Shown here piece after piece: positions 22,601 to 29,934 of a stretch of 64,000 nucleotides of DNA. The DNA comes from Chlorokybus atmophyticus (taxonomy: Eukaryota; Plantae; Mesostigma and Chlorokybus algae), in contig RHPI01002568.1 of NCBI GenBank assembly GCA_009103225.1, positions 75,742-139,741 of the forward strand, written 5' to 3'. A program made the position numbers and the translations under genes. The notes under the pieces were generated by a model. It was given only the letters and a program-made list of their open reading frames with translations. It ran no database searches and was not told the DNA's origin. Position 1 is the stretch's first letter; each line of letters starts with the position of its first letter.

Positions 22601-23737
22601 CCGACCACAGCACACTCCACTGCGATGGCCATCGAGCAGCCGGGACACGCAACTGTTGCAGACCAAGCGAGGGCGTTGGCGCAACAATTGAGGGGAGTAA
22701 TTGCCCCGCTGCTGCCTCCTTTGGTCGAAGACATGCCTGAGGATCAACGCGATGCAGGGCGAGGGTACCTCACCCCGCAAGGGGACACCACACAACGAGG
22801 AGGAGCTGGTATGGTGGGGGAGCAACAACTCCGTACCGCACTCATCCGGCAAGCAGTCATGTTGCACAGGCCTGAGGGCAACACATTAAGACAGATGATG
22901 GGGATGCAAGAGGGCAGCGCCGCGCGAGCTCGTCTCGTGACATGGCTTGTTGCCAATCACCCTGCTGTCCCTCTGTTTGCCTTTGGCAACCGAGCATCAT
23001 GGTTGGGGGCATTCGTTCGTTCGCTGCGACAAGCATACGACGAGGCTGCCACCACAGCCCCGGACACGCTGGAGGGAGTGCAAAAGGCAATGCTTCGGCT
23101 GCCAGGGGTGGAAGCCGCACGGCAACGGCGGCGCATCGCCATTGCTCATGAGCTACACGTACAGCAGACTGACCTCCAGCGCACCCTACGTGCTCGCGCC
23201 ATGACTGTGCTCGATGTGGGAGTGGTACAAGGAAGGTGGGATGCCTACATGGCAGGGATCCTACGAGTCCCCACCATTACTCACGACATGCGGCGACAGC
23301 TGCTACGCGCCGTATACCTGCAGCCCATGCCTCAATATCATCATTGGACCGACACGGACACCGAGCCCACGGCCACGTGGGAAGGGACATTGGTCAGAGA
23401 AGCGGCTCATGCTGTGCGATGGACGTACGCCGCGGAGCAAGCTGAACGCGAGGCAGGCCCACAAACACCGGGTCCACCGGGGTTCCCTCCACAGCCACTG
23501 GGTACGCCCGCGGGCATGATTCCAGCTTCGCAGAGGCGTCATCCACCTGCGCCGCAACCACAACCGGCGCCGGATCCTCCAGCACCGAGGCCCCCCCGTG
23601 TCTACCAACCACCTCGACAAGGTCGGTTCGGCAGAGGGAGAGGGCAAGGAGGGGGTTCTCCGGACCCAGCAGGCAGAGGAGCTCTGGCTGCCATGCGCTC
23701 AGCATCTCCAGCTGAGGCAACTGAGTCAGAGGAATAG
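19682..23737 (+). CDS. gag: Gag-like polyprotein, 1351 aa, with two CCHC zinc knuckles and a long C-terminal extension
   Basis: Open frame; CHRCDRHGHYKKEC and CDHCHKTGHLETVC; lies between the 5' repeat and the protease. Confidence 0.88.
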   Translation: MSRPTPFSPIDEGDLSSWSPTTNLTYERTSDGSINRSSRGQRSISGFTPLHSTPRHQASPLSSDSDDNKMESSSSTTSLRFSGRAGTTSLDEFIIKFHSKMRQQALKNKDWSDEISFHIAAQYLDYEAHDVWKSVAELHRVDGYGELASTIASASLHRPTGVVPPATSVAVTGLSIAAALKQAEEEEPELVLVNLTPAEVESKEATRRVRILDRSAVIIEEQKAAQQAAAAEWGPPLPPATPSSRAGGSTFTLGSVALRAPAISVGAAISDLPLKDLYAALRRTFPPQTTSKVEELRRFRRKPNEDPLRLYSRLEGLLEDTDYRIVSEEAAAVICVNELDAALSESTRLTLNYSRPLGYTLKEAFETAEAIHKRAVYEKAVLDTNRSASRPMAGTSAEPPRRDRSRESQGIHYKDKRSAHAALVAPVLCHRCDRHGHYKKECTEDYGNLVCDHCHKTGHLETVCWLKFPELRPPIGYNNSNNAVGYRGHNNHNNNGGYNNSNHAGGHNNSNNAGGRNNGNYAGGHNPNNNSNAGARKEEAGYRGKNRPPQHKGLEGRPRAGAAAVKAPTNPPAIDQVAALMARVAQLEENKEQDYQACYAARWALMAPKRDRDTPTPSRVQPSRRARREAGASSTAASSDATSGAASAATTTAGTTPSTTPSASTPTTTAGVSTLGTTLFPVMESTHAAATMVVGFVSGESTTPASIGATTSTAIAATLTAATSMTTTAAGATTIASSSAAIPTAPLPESRTAPPPALDVTQQVPRGPQAERAWASILRNVEPTTIAYGPGGQRTTRVARDDCILPLPPPEYHTLPEPTQQQLEDEILAGTAPEMRDRLFGVTYRRPAVLELAIQLFLALHARLQGAPSQSRQPMPAQQIDFEPSPLDLLGLQRHKLQDLVVTMSDIALGADPALRGLTPGSRQERFSALEQAHRYRMDQAAQVDARRQAYEAAHAVIVPTVAPAHVASASTAPTTAHSTAMAIEQPGHATVADQARALAQQLRGVIAPLLPPLVEDMPEDQRDAGRGYLTPQGDTTQRGGAGMVGEQQLRTALIRQAVMLHRPEGNTLRQMMGMQEGSAARARLVTWLVANHPAVPLFAFGNRASWLGAFVRSLRQAYDEAATTAPDTLEGVQKAMLRLPGVEAARQRRRIAIAHELHVQQTDLQRTLRARAMTVLDVGVVQGRWDAYMAGILRVPTITHDMRRQLLRAVYLQPMPQYHHWTDTDTEPTATWEGTLVREAAHAVRWTYAAEQAEREAGPQTPGPPGFPPQPLGTPAGMIPASQRRHPPAPQPQPAPDPPAPRPPRVYQPPRQGRFGRGRGQGGGSPDPAGRGALAAMRSASPAEATESEE

Positions 23738-23746
23738 ACACCTCGC

Positions 23747-24898
23747 ATGAAGAGGCTGCGTATCGACGCCAACGTTGCCATGGTGGCCAACCAAGGCAAG
23801 CACGTTACCATCAACGGTCTGGCACCCAAGCGGGTAATGTTGGACACCGGAGCACAGCCTGTCATCATCGGGCGCTTCCTCGCGCGGTCCCTAGGCATAA
23901 CCAGTTCCGACTTGGTGCCTTGCCCGTACGTGTTGGACACTGCCACAGGTAGCCGAGATAAGGTGATGGGAGTCACCAGGGAGGCCTTTTGCATTCGGTT
24001 GACAGGGCTGGACCCAACCCACACGACCGAGATCGTCCAGCAATGCGTGGTCACCAATGCCGGCTCCTTCGACTTTCTGCTTGGGCAGGATTTCAACTTC
24101 CCTGTGGGCATGGGCCTCGACTGCTGGACAGAACGAGCGTGGTTTCGGCCACATTGGGATGAGGACGACGGAGAGGTACAGGGCTTCCTGCCTCTCGAGT
24201 TGGTCTCGCGCACGCGCGCCCAACGCAAAATGGCTGCCATGGCCACACGCAGACACGCCCGCACCCGGAAGGCTGTAGTGGCCATATACGACGGTGCTCG
24301 GACCATCCCGTACAACGAAGAGCAGGAGGATGCCACCGTGGAAGTAGCATTACAAGACCCAGCTGAACGGCGCTGGCGCGCACAGGTGGACGCACACATC
24401 TTGCTCAGCCACCCACTGATCACCACGCGCTTCCCCAACTACCGAAGCCACGTCAAGGTGCAGGACCACCATATGGTGGCCACCGGAGTGGTGGAATTCC
24501 ACACCTTTCGCAGGCAACAGGGCATCACAGTGTTGGAGCTGTTTGGAGGCATTGGCAGTGGTCTTGCTGCGGTCCTCAACACGGGCGTGAAGGTTACCAA
24601 CTATTACTGCGACCCAAACCCACACGCGCAAACGGGCCTCAAGCACCACTTACGCCAACTGCACACCAGGTATCCACGGCAACTACCCCTCTCGGCGTTG
24701 CAAGGCAGCCTCAAAGCATTGCCACAGGATGTCCGGCTGATCACTGAAGATCACCTACTGTCCCTCGGCAACGTCGACCTGTTAATAGCTGGATGGGAAT
24801 GCCAAGGGCACTCCAGGGCAGGCAAGGGACAAGCTTGTCCCTTAAGCTTGTCCCTTAAGGCCTCGAAAACCCTCGCTCCAGGTTGTTCTGGGAGCTGA
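23747..24898 (+). CDS. pol: Pol N-terminal part: aspartic protease plus DNMT3-like motifs I-IV, ended by a frameshifting 26-bp insertion
   Basis: VMLDTGAQ, FDFLLGQDF, ITVLELFGGIGSGL, VDLLIAGWECQGHSRAG. Confidence 0.88.
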   Translation: MKRLRIDANVAMVANQGKHVTINGLAPKRVMLDTGAQPVIIGRFLARSLGITSSDLVPCPYVLDTATGSRDKVMGVTREAFCIRLTGLDPTHTTEIVQQCVVTNAGSFDFLLGQDFNFPVGMGLDCWTERAWFRPHWDEDDGEVQGFLPLELVSRTRAQRKMAAMATRRHARTRKAVVAIYDGARTIPYNEEQEDATVEVALQDPAERRWRAQVDAHILLSHPLITTRFPNYRSHVKVQDHHMVATGVVEFHTFRRQQGITVLELFGGIGSGLAAVLNTGVKVTNYYCDPNPHAQTGLKHHLRQLHTRYPRQLPLSALQGSLKALPQDVRLITEDHLLSLGNVDLLIAGWECQGHSRAGKGQACPLSLSLKASKTLAPGCSGS

Positions 24899-27800
24899 TG
24901 AGGATCATCCACCTCCTTCAACACCACCAGATCTCCAGACCCCTGGGGTACGTCATCGAAAATGTGCATTCAGAGGACGACAAGCGTCCGCACGTGGCCT
25001 CCAGCTACCGACAAGTTTGCTCCATTCTGGGGCACCCACTCAAGGTGAACGCGGCACGACATGGCTCGCGCGCACATCGTGTACGTGCCAAATGGACAAA
25101 CTTGGCCACCGTGGAGGAGCTCATGACCGCCAAATACACGCGCAGCGCTCGGCCGCGCAACCTGCTGGTCGACGACATCCTTGACCCCGGCCGCACAGCA
25201 CAACCTGTCCTGCATCATAACCACAACCACTTCTACCAGTGCAATCAGCCTGGTCAGCCCCGTCGCGCACTCCCCACATTGGTGTCCTACCCGGGCTCCT
25301 ACGCATTTCGGAACGGTGGTGACGGGATGGTATTTGATGCGACCACCAACACGCTGGAAGAACCCACCGCACGCGAACGTGAACGCGCCATGGGCTTCTT
25401 CCCCAACAGCATCACAGGTTCATTGCTGACAGACAGTCAGCAATGCCAGCTGCTTGGTCGCGCCATGGACCAGAACAGCATGGTATGGCTGCTGGAGCTG
25501 AGCTTCGCGTTGCAGGACCGCCACGTGTCCTTCGAGGATCTCGAACACTTGGCTGGGGGGTGGGCTGATCGCGTAGCCGACACCAAGGCAGCTCACACAG
25601 CTCTCGAGGTGGTCCACATGGAGGAGCAAGCGGCAGTGACAGTGGAGGACATTTCTGTGGTTGCCAATGCAACCTCCTGGGACCATGCCATTGGCCCGGT
25701 GGCCACGGAAGACACTCGAGAGAAGCTGGAGGCTCTCCTCAATAAATGGAGGAGCCAATTCAGCTTCAATGTGAAGGAATTGGGTACATGTTCGGTGTAC
25801 CAGATGGACATCGAGCTAGTGGACACTGAGCCGGTGTTCCGGCGACAATACAGGCTCTCCAAGTTGGAAGAAGACTTGGTGGAACAGAGATGTAAGGCGC
25901 TGCTGGATGCAGGCCTTATCGAAGAGTCCACATCGGACTTCGCAGCAGCAACCGTCATGCCCCTGAAGAAGGATTCAGCAGGCAACTGGACAGAGCGACG
26001 CATGTGTGGCAACTATCGTCCCCTCAACAACAAGACCAAGCAAGACCGGCACCCCATGCCCACAGCAGAGGGTATTTTTGATGATGTAGGAGACTGCACA
26101 GTCTTCAGCATCCTGGACATGCGTCAGGGGTACAACCAGATCGCCATCGAGGACGAGGACAAGCACAAGACCTCCTTCTGGGGCAACCGCCAGTTGTACC
26201 AATGGAAGGTAATGCCGTTCGGGCTGAAGAATGCCCCCGCCAAGTTTCAACGCGTCATGGACAAGGCCTTGAAGGGGTTGGACTGCGCGCGGTGCTACAT
26301 CGATGACATCCTCATCTTCAGCCGCAGCAACGAGGAGCATCTTCAGCACATCGAAGCGGTGCTGGAACGACTCAAGGGAGTGGGGATGACCGTACACCCC
26401 GACAAGTGTACCTTCTTCACCCACAAGGTGCCGTACTTAGGGCACATGATTGTGCCCCATGGTGTGTATGTGCAGCAGGCAAAAGTAGAGGCTCTGGCAG
26501 CTATCCCTGCCCCGACAGACCTCACGCGCCTGCGCGCTTTCTTGGGACTTGCCAACTATTATCGCCGATTCGTGAAGGACTTCGCGAAGATCGCAAGGCC
26601 CCTCAACGAGCTACTGAAAAAGGAGGTGGAGTTCGCGTGGAAGGAGCCGCAACAGCAGGCCTTCGAGGAGCTGAAGAGCAGACTCACCAGCGCTCCCATC
26701 CTTCAACGTCCGGACTACGCCAAGCCTTTCATCCTTCACACCGACTGGAGCAAGCTGGGGATGGGAGCGGTGCTGGTGCAGCACGATGAGCACAAGAAGG
26801 AGCGGGTGGTGGCATACGCCAGCCGAAGCAACAACAGCGCCGAGGCCAACTACAGCAGCTATAAAGGGGAATGCCTCGCTGCAGTGTGGGCCATCTCCTT
26901 CTTCCGACCTTTCCTCTTTGGTCGACAGTTCCAACTGATCACCGATTATCAGCCCCTCAAGTGGCTGATGACCAACCAACATCTGACAGGGAAACTTGCT
27001 CGATGGGCCCTGCTGTTACAGGAATACGACTTCGAGATTGACCACCGCGCTGGCCTCACCAACCAAGACGCCGATGGCCTCAGTCGCAACCCCCACCTCA
27101 GCACCAACGACGCAACTGGAGCGCGGCATGAGCTCATCCCTGCAGCAACAGCTCCCACCATGGCAGCCATGTTTGCTGCTGCCGCGTTGCGCTCAGGGCG
27201 CAAGACCAACACCACGGCCTCAGCAGTGGTAGAGGAGATTCCCGCCCTTGAGTCTACCGACCCTGCGGCAATCACACCCTTGGGAGACGCCCACGCAGCC
27301 GACATTGACGTCGATGACACAGAGCTGGCGTCCACTGACACCAGGCAGGACATATGGCACGACAAGCCATCACTTTCCTTTCTTCAACGTGGCCATCTCC
27401 CCTCTGGCATGAGCGCTCGAAAGAAGGACCGGGTCAACCAACGCACCCGTCACTATCGATGGGCAGGTGACAAGCTGTATCGCCGCTTCCACGACGAAGA
27501 CAAGGAAGTGCCGACACCAGTCACGCGCGAGGACATTATTGCTTCCCTCCACACTGAGCTTGGACACTTTGGTGTCAAGCGCACAGTCAGTTTAGTGAGA
27601 GCACAATATTGGTGGTATGGATTAACAAAACAGGTGCAAAGGTTCGTCAGTCACTGCCAGCAGTGTGACATGGTGCGCGCCAGCCTCAACACGCGTAGCG
27701 CCACCTTGCACCCACTCCCCATCTCCGGTCTCTTTTACCGATGGGGACTCGACATCTTGGGGGACTTGGCACCCTCAGCACGTGGCAACCGTTACATCCT

Positions 27801-28812
27801 GGTCATGATTGAGCACTTCTCCAAATGGGTGGAGCTGGTGCCATTACCCGACAAGAGCAGCAGGGGGGTGTCTCAAGCCTTCCTCTCTCACGTTCTCAGC
27901 CGCTTTGGCAGCTGCGCCGAGGTCATCACCGACCAAGGTACTGAGTTCAGAGGGGAATTCGACACCCTCTTGGACAAATGTTACATCGACCACCGCCGTA
28001 CCTCGCGTGATCACCCTCAAGCCGACGGCCTCGCCGAGCGGACGGTACAGACCATCAAGAAGGCACTCCGCAAATACGTGTTGGAGTACAAGAAGGACAC
28101 TTGGGATGACCACCTTCCATGGGTGGCCCTTGGATATCGGTTGTCAAAACAGGCGACTCTGCGGGAGTACAGCCCGTACTACCTGCTGTTTGGGCGACCA
28201 CCATTGCTCCCCTTCCGTGCGCAACAGGAGGTAAATCGCGTCGTGAACAACCTCGACGACCCTGACTGGATGCACCACGACATCACCACACGCGCCGCAC
28301 TTTTCGAGCGCACCGTCCCCATGGCCTTCAACAATCTGCGCATCGCGCAGCATCGCGACACGCTGCGCTACGAGCGCGTACGTAGCGGCTTTTATAAGGA
28401 GCGCCAACGGCGATTCCAAGCGGGGCACCTTGCCTATCGCATGGCAGCCACCAAAGACACGCTTGACACCTCCGTAGGCCGCACCGTCTACAAGGTACTC
28501 AAAGTGTACCCCACAGGGGTGCTGGACCTCCTTGGTCAAAACGGAGAAAGGTTGAAGGACAACATGGTGAACTGTGCGCCATGTCACCTCCCTTACGTAG
28601 CTGGCTTCGGGCGTATCCAGCACCCTCGTCCTGCGCGCAGCACATGCTGTGAACACTGCGGCAGCGCCGGCGACGACGCACTCATGATGCTCTGCGATGG
28701 CTGCAACAAAGGCCTGCATTGCTATTGCCTGGATCCACCTTTGGACACGATACCTATGGAAGAATATTGGTGCGACGACTGCCGTACCAACGGCCCTCCT
28801 CACTTGCGCTAG
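24883..28812 (+). CDS. pol: Pol C-terminal part: DNMT3-like motifs VI-X, RT, RNase H, integrase, PHD finger
   Basis: YVIENV, AHRVRAKWTNL, RERERAMGF, LLGRAMD; LDMRQGYNQ, PFGLKNAP, YIDD; HTDWS; H-H-C-C zinc finger, WGLD, DQGTEF, GLAER; C4HC3 PHD at 28648-28782. Confidence 0.93.
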   Translation: MFWELMRIIHLLQHHQISRPLGYVIENVHSEDDKRPHVASSYRQVCSILGHPLKVNAARHGSRAHRVRAKWTNLATVEELMTAKYTRSARPRNLLVDDILDPGRTAQPVLHHNHNHFYQCNQPGQPRRALPTLVSYPGSYAFRNGGDGMVFDATTNTLEEPTARERERAMGFFPNSITGSLLTDSQQCQLLGRAMDQNSMVWLLELSFALQDRHVSFEDLEHLAGGWADRVADTKAAHTALEVVHMEEQAAVTVEDISVVANATSWDHAIGPVATEDTREKLEALLNKWRSQFSFNVKELGTCSVYQMDIELVDTEPVFRRQYRLSKLEEDLVEQRCKALLDAGLIEESTSDFAAATVMPLKKDSAGNWTERRMCGNYRPLNNKTKQDRHPMPTAEGIFDDVGDCTVFSILDMRQGYNQIAIEDEDKHKTSFWGNRQLYQWKVMPFGLKNAPAKFQRVMDKALKGLDCARCYIDDILIFSRSNEEHLQHIEAVLERLKGVGMTVHPDKCTFFTHKVPYLGHMIVPHGVYVQQAKVEALAAIPAPTDLTRLRAFLGLANYYRRFVKDFAKIARPLNELLKKEVEFAWKEPQQQAFEELKSRLTSAPILQRPDYAKPFILHTDWSKLGMGAVLVQHDEHKKERVVAYASRSNNSAEANYSSYKGECLAAVWAISFFRPFLFGRQFQLITDYQPLKWLMTNQHLTGKLARWALLLQEYDFEIDHRAGLTNQDADGLSRNPHLSTNDATGARHELIPAATAPTMAAMFAAAALRSGRKTNTTASAVVEEIPALESTDPAAITPLGDAHAADIDVDDTELASTDTRQDIWHDKPSLSFLQRGHLPSGMSARKKDRVNQRTRHYRWAGDKLYRRFHDEDKEVPTPVTREDIIASLHTELGHFGVKRTVSLVRAQYWWYGLTKQVQRFVSHCQQCDMVRASLNTRSATLHPLPISGLFYRWGLDILGDLAPSARGNRYILVMIEHFSKWVELVPLPDKSSRGVSQAFLSHVLSRFGSCAEVITDQGTEFRGEFDTLLDKCYIDHRRTSRDHPQADGLAERTVQTIKKALRKYVLEYKKDTWDDHLPWVALGYRLSKQATLREYSPYYLLFGRPPLLPFRAQQEVNRVVNNLDDPDWMHHDITTRAALFERTVPMAFNNLRIAQHRDTLRYERVRSGFYKERQRRFQAGHLAYRMAATKDTLDTSVGRTVYKVLKVYPTGVLDLLGQNGERLKDNMVNCAPCHLPYVAGFGRIQHPRPARSTCCEHCGSAGDDALMMLCDGCNKGLHCYCLDPPLDTIPMEEYWCDDCRTNGPPHLR

Positions 28813-28849
28813 TAGCTGAGCTCTGGAGCTGGCACCTTCCCCAGAGCCC

Positions 28850-28862
28850 AGGGGGGGGGGCT
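28850..28862 (+). promoter_or_regulatory. Polypurine tract (A-G10) followed by CT and the TG start of repeat A1
   Basis: AGGGGGGGGGGCT-TGTTG; an equivalent tract precedes A1 in the decayed copy. Confidence 0.75.
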
Positions 28863-29099
28863 TGTTGACTCTGTATGCTACGGCACAGCATGTTCTTAGG
28901 GAAAACACCGACTCCATCTGCCCGTACTACCCAGCAGCAGCACCCCAGCTGCACTAAGCACTTGTCACCATGAGGGTGGGAGTCATCTTTCTATTCTTGC
29001 TACGCGTCACCCAGGTGGCGCAGCAGCATGTCCAGCACAGTATGGCTGTCCATGCAGCTGTCCGAGACAGCGTGACCCTCGACTCCCCTCGACCCGACA
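28863..29099 (+). repeat. Terminal repeat A1 (237 bp)
   Basis: TGTTGACT...CCCGACA; near-identical to 29698-29934. Confidence 0.93.
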
Positions 29100-29101
29100 G
29101 C

Positions 29102-29697
29102 TGTCATGCCTATCGCCCAAGCATGCCAGTCGTCATCGGGCATGCCTACAGCGAGACCCTCGCCCGGCTTACCAGCATGGCAACCCGCGAGCGCCTCTGA
29201 CCAGTAGCTAGGTCATGTCCCTAGAGTAGCTCGTGACCATAGCCTGCATAGGCACCGCGCGTAGCTGTGCAATTGTGAGTTCAGTTATAAGTCCGGTTCT
29301 ATACCGAGTGGGCATTTCCTGTGGAAATAGCCTCGATATGACCGTTAGCTTATGTTCTGGACAGTCATGAGTTGACTTGTATAAGTAGGCACAGTGTTCA
29401 CCGGATCAGCTGGTGACACTGTAAGTGAGAAAGCTAAGAGCTTGTGAAGCGACTTGAACTACGAACACAACGTCCTGGTTCCCAAGAATCCCCTCACCGT
29501 GTGAGAGCCTGTGCATGTTCTTGTGCACTGTGCTTGTTCTTGCTATGAGCTTTGTGTACTTGGTCGCGGTGTGCTTGTTGGCATCAGTCAGGGCATAGCA
29601 TCCACATGTTGCTTGCTCATTCACCTCACTTAACAGTGTAATTCCTCTCCCACTCACGCAAAGAACTGTGTAAACAGCACTACCTATAGTAGTGGCT
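29102..29697 (+). repeat. Terminal repeat B2 (596 bp)
   Basis: Near-identical to 18868-19462. Confidence 0.93.
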
Positions 29698-29934
29698 TGT
29701 TGACTCTGTATGCTACGGCACAGCGTGTTCTTAGGGAAAACACTGACTCCATCTGCCCGTACTACCCAGCAGCAGCACCCCAGCTGCACTAAGCACTTGT
29801 CACCATGAGGGTGGAGGTCATCTTTCTATTCTTGCTACGCGTCACCCAGGTGGCGCAGCAGCATGTCCAGCACAGTATGGCTGTCCATGCAGCTATCCGA
29901 GACAGCGTGACCCTCGACTCCCCTCGACCCGACA
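29698..29934 (+). repeat. Terminal repeat A2 (237 bp), the right end of the element
   Basis: Near-identical to A1; followed by the TSD GATG. Confidence 0.93.

Larger units (their letters stand above)
18868..29934 (+). mobile_element. Near-intact Ty3/gypsy retrotransposon with DNMT3-like domain, integrase-PHD and split direct terminal repeats; 4-bp TSD GATG
   Basis: Ends TGTC...GACA; gatg at 18864-18867 and 29935-29938; removing the element restores the host frame VVYDVMHTL; contains gag, protease, MTase, RT, RNase H, integrase and PHD. Confidence 0.95.

Noticed and set aside
24824-24898. Programmed ribosomal frameshift in pol
   Set aside because: There is no slippery heptamer, and the frame change is fully explained by a 26-bp insertion absent from the sister copy.
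6099-28917. Long antisense ORFs in the track (6099..6701, 11039..11584, 21475..22209, 23602..24438, 28144..28917)
   Set aside because: They are shadow frames of recognisable gag/pol sequences on the other strand and have no motifs of their own.
28863-29099. Repeat A1 as an independent solo-LTR insertion
   Set aside because: It has no TSD, sits exactly at the PPT, matches the element's own right end, and the same arrangement occurs in the diverged copy.
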